A stretch of DNA of 63,996 nucleotides, filler included, from Diploschistes diacapsis (taxonomy: Eukaryota): NCBI GenBank assembly GCA_023645945.1. It is 10 parts of 10 records of this genome, joined end to end, with 100 filler letters (N's around TTAATTAATTAA, not from the genome) between each part and the next. Parts side by side here need not be neighbours in the genome. Positions count along the whole stretch, not along the records: positions 32,500 to 38,861 come from JALAIB010001406.1; positions 38,962 to 45,321 come from JALAIB010001407.1; positions 45,422 to 51,769 come from JALAIB010001408.1; 7 more parts are not named here. One strand, given 5' to 3'. The position numbers were made by a program, and so were the translations under genes. The notes under the pieces were generated by a model. The model saw only the letters and a list, made by a program, of their open reading frames with translations, did no database searches and was not told the origin of the DNA. Positions 35,951 through 46,722 of the stretch are shown piece after piece. How positions within the stretch are numbered: the stretch's first letter is position 1; every line of letters starts with the position of its first letter.

Positions 35951-37216
35951 GCGGGACAGTGAAGATGTCTTGAACTTGGGACTGGTTTGGATGGCGGGGT
36001 GTGTGGGAAGTAGGTTCCTTGAAGAGAGTAGTAGATCGGAGGGGAAGGGTTGTTCATACCTTCAATTTGTTGGACATACTAGAGGAGGGAAGGGAGAATG
36101 AGGAAAGGGCATTGAGGTTGGAGGGTGGGGATGGAGGAATATCGCTTACGTCTGTTCTCCCCTATGGAAGGGATAAACATGTAGCACAGATAGCGGTGCG
36201 TATATAGCAGCTATGGACGGCATAGGTGGACAGGGACATCCAAAAACATGATGTGGGCGAGCTAAAATTTTGTATTCTCATTTTCTTGACGCGGGCAAAC
36301 TACCTGGGCTAAATTACTGGCAAACAAGTGTGCTCAACCCAGTCACAAACCCCATCCAATTTATATTTCCTTTCCGGCCGCCTTGGAAGGCGCTTCCAGG
36401 TTCTTCTGGCGCAGATACTCACAAATTTAATTATTTTGATAGGCGAGAGTACCTTCACTTGGAACCTTTTTTGTTATGCTGATGGCCGCGCTCACCGTGT
36501 TTGGTGACAGGACGCTGGGATACTCGAGCTCCATTGTCGATACTTCCGTAGCCTAAAGGCGACCAAAGATTTTGATAAAGCTGCAGGTCACTCTGATCAA
36601 CAACTTCCAAGACTTGTCATACCTCTTCCTAACGAGTTCTGATAAGGAGGCGTTATTCTAGTATATGTGCATGGCTGATATGCAGGCCCACAGCGCTGAC
36701 GGCCACCAAGGAGGCCCTTTATTTGTACACAGGCGGCCTGTCCCTGTCTCGTACTGCCATTTCTGTGCGGTATGCGAGCGTTAGAGGTCGTTGTCAACGG
36801 GCATTCAGCTCTGCTTCAGACCAGGGACGGCAAAGGAGAACAACTCGGACCCGCCAAAACTTTAACCCGAACTAACTGTCAGCTGGGTTTTTGACCAATC
36901 ACATTCTAGTAACTAACACATTCAGGGGTAGTTTTCCATGCCGAAAGTTTCACGATATTGGTGGCAACGATGAACATTAAAACATCATGGAGGCCAGTCA
37001 ATCGCCTGGCAGCCCGGCAGTGAGTTGATCTTCGCAATATGTAGACAATTACTCAATGGCCGTGCTAGATCCGTCATCCTGTGGTTTTCCTGGCCGCATA
37101 ACACTCGAGTGGCACAGATAATTGGCTGAAGTTGGCGGAACCTTTCCTTAGAACCTAATTCTAGCAAGCTGTCACTGAATTCTTCTTCTACTTTATAGTT
37201 TTCAAACATCCTAACA

Positions 37217-38861
37217 ATGGAGCACCCTATCTCCTCCGAACCCAAGCCCTCATTTGACCTCAACATCGCCCAAGCCGAGCTGGACGACCTCGAAGAGAAC
37301 CCTCACCACGTCTCTATCCCCCTCATCTCCCCCGACCCTCATGATTGCCCGTCCCCACGCTCTCGCCCTCTGGCCCCAAACTCCATCTAACCCTTCTCCC
37401 CTCCCTCGCCATTATCCTAAGCCTACAAATAGGCTCCGGCATCTCCTCCGCCCCCAGCCAAGTAACACTTCATGTCCCCTCCCCCGGCGCCGGGATATCC
37501 GTCTGGCTCGTCGCCGGTGCCCTCGTCTGGACCGGTGCCGCCACTTTCATCGAGCTCAGTCTCCTCATTCCCCGTAACGGCGGCGTCCAGGAGTATCTCC
37601 GGGCCGCGTGGGGAGAGTTTGCGGCGTTTGTGTTCACGTCGGTGTACTTGGGCGTGGCGAAGCCGGCGGCTAATGGGATCGTCGCTAGTGTTGGGGCGGA
37701 GTATGTTCTGAGTGCTTTCTCTAATGGGGCCAAGTGAGGCGGAGGGGAGTGGGTGGTGAAGGCCGTAGGGCTTGGGGGATTGTGGATCGTTACGGGCGTT
37801 AATTGTTTGGGGTCGAAGGCGGGACCTAGGATTGCGAATCTGTTCTTGGTGACGAAGATGGGGATTTTGCTGTCAATTATTGGGGTGGGTTTGGGCTGCC
37901 TGGCTATAGGGAAGGCGGACGCGGCGGGGCAGGAGAGCTTCGAATGGTGGGTTAGTCAGCCGCTCTCTGAGGATGATGGGGAGGTGGAAGTGCAAAGTCC
38001 AATATTTTGGGCGGGAGAATTCTTGGTCGCTATATTCGGAGCTTTGTGGTGCTATGGAGGCTGGGAGATGGTGAGTCTCACGTCCTCGCCGCAAGTGGCT
38101 CGCTGAGCAGACGCTGTGCACATCGGCTTCGTGGCTGGCGAAATGAAGAACCCCAAAAGGGACCTGCCTCGCGCGATCAACATCCCAATGGGAACCGTGA
38201 TCGTCGGCTTCGCCTTATTGAACGGATCCTTATACGCCGTGCTGCCAATGCAGGTCATTCGAGACAATCTAGCCGTCGCTGTAGTAAGCACTGCCACACC
38301 CCCTCCCCCTTCCTACTCTTCTCCCTAACCACATCCCCTCGAAGCCAGAATGCTGACTCTCCACAGAAGTTCGGTTCCGCAGTCTTCGGCACCCCCGGCT
38401 CAACCCTGTACTCCATCCTCGTCTCGATCTCCGTCTGGGGAGCCCTAAACGCCAACATCTTCGCTGCCGGCCGGCTCGCAGCCGCCGCCAGCCAAAGAGG
38501 CTATTTCCCGAGCGTTCTCGGCAAGAATACGCATCACGCTCTCAGTTCGAGCGAGTCGGAGTACTACGATAGGAAACTTTCCTGGCTGCCTCGCTTTGCT
38601 CCTCGCCAATAAAGGCGTTTGCAGCAGCCACCGCGGACCTGAGGCTGGTGCAGGAGGTGCCCGTGTAAATCAAACATCAGACGCCCTCGCTTCTGCTCTT
38701 ATGTACTAACATGACCAAGATATGCAATGCTCGCCAACTCCCTCCTCGCCTCCCTTTTCATTCTGACCGGCTCATCCTACGGCCTGGTAACGTTCGTCGG
38801 TAAGCGCCACCTCCTCAATCTTATCCCTCCACTCTATTCCTTCTTCCATTTCCCCTAACCC
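37217..38861 (+). pseudogene. APC/LAT-family amino acid permease, disrupted, 3' partial
   Basis: LQIGSGISSAP, IPRNGGVQEYL, ALWCYGGWE, GEMKNPKRDLPRAI, GALNANIFAAGRL. Frameshift near 37350, in-frame TGA at 37735-37737, frameshift near 38601. Confidence 0.82.
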
Positions 38862-38961
38862 NNNNNNNNNNNNNNNNNNNNNNNNNNNNNNNNNNNNNNN
38901 NNNNNTTAATTAATTAANNNNNNNNNNNNNNNNNNNNNNNNNNNNNNNNNNNNNNNNNNNN
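38862..38961. other. Artificial contig spacer
   Basis: N44-TTAATTAATTAA-N44. Confidence 0.99.
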
Positions 38962-39738
38962 CCCCCCACCCCACCCCAACTATCCACCGACAAAGCCTCC
39001 ATCGACTCCTCCTTCGCCCGCGCCTTCTCCCTCCTTGACCAGCTCTCCCTCGACACCACCACCCTCAAAGACGCCGAGACCGCCCGCACCGAAAAACTCG
39101 ACTCCGCCCTCGCCGAAATCGACGGCGTCGTCGCCGACCTCAAAGAAAACAACCGCCGGCGCGAGGACGAATCGCGACGCATAGCGGACGAGGTCAGGGG
39201 CCTGAGGGAGATGGTGCCCAAGGCGCTGGAAGGGTGGAAGAGCGAAGGCGATGGCAGGCTGAAGGAGTTGGGCGGCGAGCTGAGGAGTTTGAGGGTTTTG
39301 CTGGGGAATAGGGTCGCTGCTGGACAGGCGCAAGGCCAGGGGCACGGGTACGGGCAGAGTGGGGGGGTTCCGTCGAGAATAGGTAGTGGTGGGGGAGGAG
39401 GAGGGGCTGTTGGTGCAGGCGGCATCTCGACCCCTGCGACGCCGTCGCTACCATCAGACGGTGCGAGTGTAGGGAACGCGGGTGCGAACGAGGATGGGCA
39501 TGAAGAGGGCGGTATTTCAACGGTAGCGCCGGCGCCTGCGCCGGGCGTCACGGCGCCGAAGAGGGACGGGGCGAGTCCGTTTAGTTTCGGTGGTAGGCCG
39601 GCGAGCAGACAGATCCCGGCGTGGCAGTTGGCCGCTAGCAAGGATAAGAGTTCCGGCGCTGCTAAAGGGGATGGAGACGCGGCGGCGGGGCCGACGTCGG
39701 AAGGGGAGGGAGAGAAAGGTGGTCCTGGCTCGGGATAG
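38962..39738 (+). CDS. PEX14: Peroxin Pex14, 5' partial
   Basis: PTPPQLSTDKASIDSSFARAFSLLDQL, coiled coil, PKALEGWK...ELRSLRVLLGNR, C-terminal IPAWQLAA. Confidence 0.88.
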   Translation, partial: PPTPPQLSTDKASIDSSFARAFSLLDQLSLDTTTLKDAETARTEKLDSALAEIDGVVADLKENNRRREDESRRIADEVRGLREMVPKALEGWKSEGDGRLKELGGELRSLRVLLGNRVAAGQAQGQGHGYGQSGGVPSRIGSGGGGGGAVGAGGISTPATPSLPSDGASVGNAGANEDGHEEGGISTVAPAPAPGVTAPKRDGASPFSFGGRPASRQIPAWQLAASKDKSSGAAKGDGDAAAGPTSEGEGEKGGPGSG

Positions 39739-40245
39739 ACCGGCGCATTTAAGTTTTAAGAGAGAACACGGGTGTTTTTTGTTGTGGCTTCTGCGTCATA
39801 GCGAGTCCTTGTATACTTGATATGGGGATGAAAGATCTTCAGAGGTGGATTTATCGGTTGGTTGTACAGAGTGAACGAACTACGTTACTAGATGAAGTCC
39901 GGGTAGTGAATGTATGATAGTCAATCTCTTGTCTTGATTTGCGAGAAAAGTATCCTTGCTATTAAGCTACTCCAGTAGGATATGCTTTCGTATGCTGCTC
40001 GAAAGCCTGTGAACATTGTTCATCCAAGCGCATATCTCTGCCATCTCTTAAGCATTGAGATAGAATTTTCATATAGTTCGGAAATGGAGTGGATCCGATG
40101 ACCACGCCCGTTGCCCAGCTTCCGTGTTGCCAGCCATATTCCCAAGCATATCAGTCATATAGACTTTTCAGTGCCCTTTTGAGCCCCGGAACGCCAAATG
40201 CTAAAGCCGAGCTCAGAGGATAATATAATCTAATTTCCTTTTCAT

Positions 40246-42629
40246 TCAGAGTCGCCTCGAAGGTGGAGCTTTCGCTCTTCTTTTGGCCTGATCCGCCTCG
40301 TCTTTCTCTGATATGTCGTCAGCAGTGCCTATCCAAGCTAGAATCTGGATAACTTGCCTGCATCATATACAAGCATCTCGTGGAGAGCCCGACCAGCAGG
40401 AACCATGGGGAAGAGTCCGACCTTCTTATCTGTGACGACCTCGAGGAGAGCTGGACCATCGCTGTTGATCAGCCATTCTAGCTTCTCTCTGACCTCGCCA
40501 GGCTTGATGCATCTGTCAGCCTGAAGACCCATGGCCTCAGCTACCTTGACAAAGTCCGGGTTCACCTGGTGCGTATGCGCATAACGGTTCTCATAGAAGA
40601 GGGACTGCCACTGGGCCACCATTCCCTGCTCCTCATTATTGAACACAATAACCTTGACACCGATATTGAACTGCGCTGCTGTTGTGAGCTCGGTTATCGT
40701 CATTTGTATCGAAGCATCGCCGTCAATGTCAATCACAAGAGAGTCTGGACAGGCAACTTTGGCGCCGATGGCCGACGGCAGCCCGAATCCCATGGTCCCG
40801 AGACCACCAGAAGATATCATGGTTCGTGGATGTCGCCATCGGAAATGTTGAGCTGCCCACATCTGGTGCTGACCCACGCCAGTGGTTATGATGGTCTTTT
40901 CCTTGCGGTCGGCGGTCAGGTCGTTCAGGGTTTCGACCACTTCTTGAGGCTTGATGAGACCGTCCGGTTTGGCCCTTGCATAGTCAAAGGGAAGCCGCTT
41001 CTTCCAGTCAGCTATCTGGGAGAGCCACTCCGGTCGCTCAGCCCTTGGTTCGACGTGAGGCAGCAGCGTGGCGAGGTTTGTCGAAGCATCTCCCTCGACA
41101 GCTTCAGTAGCCTGAACGACTTTGTTGATGTTCTTTGGGAGCACCTCAAAGTGCACAATGCCTCCTCGGCCTTCAGAAGCAGCCAACTTGGCTTGGGGCG
41201 CAAACTTAGCAATGCTGCCAGTTACACGGTCGTCGAAACGAGCCCCCAGCGCAATGATCAGGTCGGCCTCTTGCATAGACATGTTGGCGTAGGGAGATCC
41301 ATGCATTCCGAGCATGTGCAGGGATTTATCTTCGAGTTCATCATAGACGCCAAGACCCTGGAGAGTGGTGGTGACGGGTATGCATGCCTTGTCCGAAAGC
41401 TCTTTCAGAAGCCGTGGGCCGTCCGGCGAGCTCGCCATACCCTGCCCGACATACAGGATTGGCTTCTTCGCCATATTGATTAGCTTGGCAACACGCTTGA
41501 TCGACCCTTCAAGTTGCTTCCTGCTTATCTCTCTGGCAGCTAGGCTGGCAGAACTTGGATGCGAAGGAAGGGTGCTGGAGATCGGAATAGGCTGGCGCAG
41601 GATACTGGCTGTGACGTCCTTTGGAAGGTCCACCAGCACGGGACCAGGTCGCCCGCTCATCGCTATTTCGAACGCCTCCTTTATCCGCATTGGCAGCTCA
41701 GCGATGTTCTTGACCATCACGTTCCACTTCGTACAAGCTCTTGAGATGCCAATAACATCAGCTTCCTGGAAGGCGTCCGTTCCGATGGCGCCTGTTACAA
41801 CCTGGCCGCAGAAGACCACCAAAGGAGTTCCATCCGACAGTGCGTCTTGTATTGGCGTAATGACGTTCGTAGCTCCTTCAAAAGAGTTGGCTCCCTGCAG
41901 CGAGAAGAATGATACCTAAAGAGCGTTGCATACCTGGTCCAGATGTCACCAAGACTACTCCAACCCTGCCGCTCGCCCTGGCGTAACCTTGAGCCATATG
42001 GCCAGCACCCTGCTCGTGCCTGGGTAGGATGAACTCGAAATGGGTTGAATTGTAGATAGCGTCAAAGACGGGCAGAATAGCGCCACCAGGGTACCCAACT
42101 AGAGCCCGATCAGCCATTGGACCCGGATATATCTGTAGATTCGCATACAGATACAATCGACGCCCATCCGAAGCATCATCTCGTGGAATATTTGACCGCC
42201 GCTCAACCCGACCATGCTTGAGCATGTTAGACTGTCTGCCCAGCCACACGTTCCCTTGAAACTTACGAGTCATCCATTTGCGGCATACGCATATTTTGCA
42301 GTGGATTAACTTCATTGCGCCTCGAGTCCTGATTGAAGGCCGGACTTGGGACAGGTCTCGACCTATAGTACACTCAGCGACGCTATGAGGAAAGAAACAA
42401 ATTTGCCAACATACGCAACAGCAGTCGCAGCAGCAGTACTTGAGACTCTTTTACTCGTGCTTCTGTCACTCGATTGTTTGCTGAACAACTGCTTGGGATA
42501 CTGGCGGTGGGGTGACAGAGCAGCAGCAGGGGCAGTGGAAGAAAATTGCTGTGCTTGTGGAACGCTCACTGACTGCCGCCGCTGAACAGCAGCCCGTAGC
42601 GTGTTCGTCACCGGTTGAGTCCTAAACAT
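40246..42629 (-). CDS. ILV2: Acetolactate synthase catalytic subunit, mitochondrial, five introns
   Basis: Presequence; [54 protein letters not shown] motif GDAS...NN. Confidence 0.96.
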
Positions 42630-43249
42630 TGTGACTTCAAGTAAACAGGGTCGAGTTGTCAATTGAGAAAGAAGGGCAGAGGGGGAGGGTATAGAGGGTA
42701 TAGTGCAGAGTAGATATGATGTTGATGTGATGTTGCCTTTTGCCCACAGAAAAAACTTTCATCAGCCAAGCCATCAATATGGGTGGGGCTATGGGGCTAG
42801 GCTGCTTGCTGTGCTACAAAATAGTAGTCTTAGTGGAGATGAGGCTGTGCTTGGTGGACACCATCAGACCATTGAGTGCTTATACTGCGGTAAACTAAAA
42901 GCTACCGCCTCAAGCCACATCCTGCGTCACAGCTTCCTCATGTATAATTCCCATCCACTCAGAACACTCACTGCCAGTCTGCAATGGCGGCTCGCTCCAA
43001 TGCTCCAGGGTCGTCGCACAACCTGTCCATTTCACATTGAGATTCGCTACAAGGTAGGATTTGCTCTACAGTGGCTAAAGTAGCTTGAGTACAAAAACCA
43101 GTTGGGTATGTATGCAAGGTGGCCATAGCGGCTGGCACTCAGGGCTGTCAAGAGGAGGGGCAGAGACCACGCTGTGGTCGTCGTGGTCATCCTTCCATCG
43201 ATAATCCATCTCATCTTCCTTGCTCGTGCTTTAGAGTTCTCCCACAGCT

Positions 43250-44884
43250 ATGGCGCACAGTGCCGACGCCATGGATGAACCAATACCGGTCAACGCTTCC
43301 CTTTCCGCGCTATACCCAATAGATGCATTGCAGTTCGAGGAGCAGCGTTGGAAAACCCTAGTCGGCAAATTCGCTTCCGAATTCGGCCACAATCCAGCAT
43401 TCGTTGCTCGCTCGCCCGGTAGGGTCAATATCATTGGCGAACATATTGACTACTCGCTATATGACTGTCTTCCAGCGGGCATAGCGGCGGATGTAGTCAT
43501 CGCTGTTTCAACCTCGAAACCTAACGGCTCGAATGCTTCCATCGACATCGCCAATGTGAACCCCGAAAAGTTCAAGCCTCAGACATTTACTTTGGATGCC
43601 CACCATACAGTTGCCATTGACTCCTCAACTCACGAATGGACAAACTACTTCAAGGCGGGGGCGGTGGGTGCGTTGGCCCTCCTAGCCAAGCCACGACCAG
43701 ACTTTGTCCCATTGAGCATGCAAGTTTTGATCGATGGAACTGTACCGGCAGGCGGTGGACTGTCGAGTTCTGCTGCTTTCGTATGTGCTAGTGCTTTGGC
43801 TGTAATTTACGGAAATGGAGTGCATGCTGTCACCAAAAGGTCCCTTGTCGAGCTGGCCATTGTTTCCGAGAGGTCGGTGGGTGTCAACTCTGGCGGCATG
43901 GACCAAACAGGAAGCGTCTGTTCAAAGTCGGGAAACGCATTGCATGTTTCCTTCTTTCCAGACCTCTCCGCCAAGGCCATCTCGTTCCCTGAACTTGATC
44001 CTCCCATCACTTTCATGATTGCTCAATCCTACGTGACTTCAGACAAGCACGTCACAGGCCCGGTGTGCTACAACTTGCGAGTGGTCGAAGTCACTCTTGC
44101 TGCGGAATATATCGCAGCTCAGATAGGCTTGACATTGCCCAAGGATGCTAGCTCTCTCGAGCAGTCTCTGAGGGGGCTGGAAGAGGCATACTTTGGCAGC
44201 CATCACGCCCCGAAAGATGGAGAAAATGATCAACCTGCACGGTTGCAACACATGCTAAGCTTGGTGGAACGGTACTTGCCGGACACGGCAGGATATGACA
44301 GACAGCAGATCGCCGATGCACTCAAGATATCTGTCTCTGAACTTGAAAGCCGGTACATGACCAAATTTCCAATTAGGGCAGACCGTTTCTTACTTCGGCA
44401 ACGCGCCCTGCATGTGTATTCTGAAGCGCTGCGTGTCCACCAATTCATTTCGCTCATCCAGGCCCCTGCACCCCAAACCCAAGCAGATTCGGAGATACTC
44501 CTAAAGAAGCTGGGTGGTCTCATGAACGAGACGCAGGACTCTTGTAAAGAAGTCTTTGAGTGCAGCTGCCCCGAGCTCAATGACATTTGCCAGATAGCAC
44601 GGAAGCATGGCTCGTATGGCAGTCGCCTTACAGGAGCAGGCTGGGGCGGCTGCTCTGTGCACCTGGTTCCTGGGGACAAAACCGATGACATCAGGAAGGC
44701 ATGGGAACAGGAATATTATGCTAAGAAATTTCCAGACTTGAGCCAGGAGAAGCTGGAAGAAGCTGTCGTGGTCAGTCAGCCCGGAGAGGGAGCAATGATG
44801 TAAGCGATTCAGCTTTATTTCTTTGGATTAGACTTACTCTTTGACAGCATCGAATTGAAGCCTGATTCGTCATTATTCGCGTAA
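43250..44884 (+). CDS. GAL1: Galactokinase; join(43250..44799,44848..44884)
   Basis: PGRVNIIGEHIDY, PAGGGLSSSAA, GGMDQ, YNLRVVE, GSRLTGAGWGG; terminal GT-AG intron. Confidence 0.96.
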
Positions 44885-45321
44885 GATATATGCGCAGCGA
44901 TGGGCGATGGGCGATGGGCGATGGGCTGTATGGGCCAGTGTCGAAATGTACATAGTGGTAAATACATCTGTTTATACACACATAGATCATACTGAACTGC
45001 TCGACAACATTCTACCCAGCTGACATCAACTCGTAGTCTTCGTTGTCATCTTCCTCAACCTTATCTTTACCCCTCCTAACCTCGGCCATCAACCACAACA
45101 ACCATCCTCTCCCTCAACCACTCCCCCAAAAATCCCTCAATGTTCTCGTTAAACCTCACAAACCACGCCATCGCCCTACTCCTCGGCAGCAAACACACCT
45201 CCCAAAGCGTCCTCACATCCAACCTCCTCAGCCTTCTTTCCCTGTTTTCCTGTTTTCCTTCCCGCATCCTTTCCCTCTCCCTCTATCCCCCTACGCTCCC
45301 CCTACGCTCCCCCTCACCACC

Positions 45322-45421
45322 NNNNNNNNNNNNNNNNNNNNNNNNNNNNNNNNNNNNNNNNNNNNTTAATTAATTAANNNNNNNNNNNNNNNNNNNNNNN
45401 NNNNNNNNNNNNNNNNNNNNN
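45322..45421. other. Artificial contig spacer
   Basis: N44-TTAATTAATTAA-N44. Confidence 0.99.
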
Positions 45422-45861
45422 AAGGAACTATCTAGATGGGAGGAGGGCACAAATAAATAGTCTGGGTGCCAGCCCTACCGCCCTACGGGGTTCAACCCTT
45501 GAACCCACAAACGTTCAGGATGTTCCACGTTATAAAAGGTCCTAATACCCTAAGGGCTTCCGTTCCTAAGAACGATCCGACGAAAAACGACGCCGCCATT
45601 TTAGCCCAAAAAAAGGATATTTATTTTATAATAACGATAATTATCGCGCGATACGATGCAAGCTCGCTAAAAAGTTTAAAAAAATAGTCATCGCAATAAA
45701 AGATAAGAAACGGGAAAAAAAAAGAATCCCGAGACATCCGCGATAAGAAAAATAAGAATAAGCGCGCCTATAATATAAAAAGTTTAGACGATAAAAGTTT
45801 AGAAAATTCGGAATCTGAATTTAAACCTAAATCTTAACCATATAATAATAAAGTTGGTAAT
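45422..45861. mobile_element. RIP-degraded repeat fragment
   Basis: A-rich with CpG retained; abuts the LTR. Confidence 0.55.
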
Positions 45862-46303
45862 TGTCGGAATACTAACCTAAAAAGGTTAGTCAGATTGCTT
45901 ACTAAGCTTCTAGCATGTTTGAATATGCTGGAAGGTTCTAGAAGGTTCTAGAAGGTTCTAGAATATTCTAGAACATAATAGACCAACATCGAAGATTATC
46001 GAATATCATCGAATATTCTAGAATATTCTAGAATATTCGGCTTACTAATGCATGGAATGATTTAAAAGGATAAGGAACATTCTAGATTAGATTATTACTA
46101 ATCACACTAGCGTGAAATGTGCCTATAAAAGGCCTCTCACCCTCCATCGTTCATAGTCATAACCTAGAACCTCTTCAATATAATCATTGAACAATAGTCA
46201 GCTACCATGCTAGGCAGGCTAGGATTATTCACTAGTTAGGACTAGCTGAAGAATACATTCTTAGTCATCAGTTATCTATTAGGAACTTCCACCACTTTCA
46301 ACA
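45862..46303 (+). mobile_element. Retrotransposon LTR (about 442 nt), RIP-mutated
   Basis: TGTCGGAA...TTTCAACA ends (TG...CA, imperfect inverted termini), internal GAAGGTTCTA/GAATATTCTA tandem repeats, TATAAAAGG box near 46125. Confidence 0.75.
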
Positions 46304-46460
46304 CCCGTCAAACACGTTATATATTTATATCTTCTTCTTACCTAAATTTATTTTTTTTAATTTTTCGAATCGCGACCTTTACCCTACAGATGCCAGTTAC
46401 ACGTAATCCTTCCGGCTCCGGCCCAGCCCCCGGTAGTATAACATCCTTTCCTACGCTGGC

Positions 46461-46551
46461 GTTTCAATATTCTAGAATATTTAATAATATTCGAACATAT
46501 TAAAAGCTTAATAAGCAATCTGACTAACCTATTTAGGTTAGTATTCTGACA
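46461..46551 (-). mobile_element. Inverted partial copy of the same LTR 5' end
   Basis: Reverse complement TGTCAGAATACTAACCTAAATAGGTTAGTCAGATTGCTTATTAAGCTTTT matches 45862 onward. Confidence 0.85.
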
Positions 46552-46722
46552 CTTTACAAGTGCGGGGCAGATGGTTGATACATACTCTTTCGTAGCTTTA
46601 AATGCATAAAGTCAATTAAGCTTTTTAATTCTACAAACTCGTGCAAATTCCACAGCGCACGGCCATTGATACCGAGCCAAGAAGAACCTGATAATAACAT
46701 CACCGCTCACATTTCGTGAGAC

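Noticed and set aside
44897..44926. (GCGATGG)4 repeat after GAL1
   Set aside because: Simple short tandem repeat with no sign of function.
45019..45321. Possible 3' end of a minus-strand gene after GAL1
   Set aside because: Purine-rich low-complexity sequence at a contig edge that needs a frameshift and has no recognisable motif.
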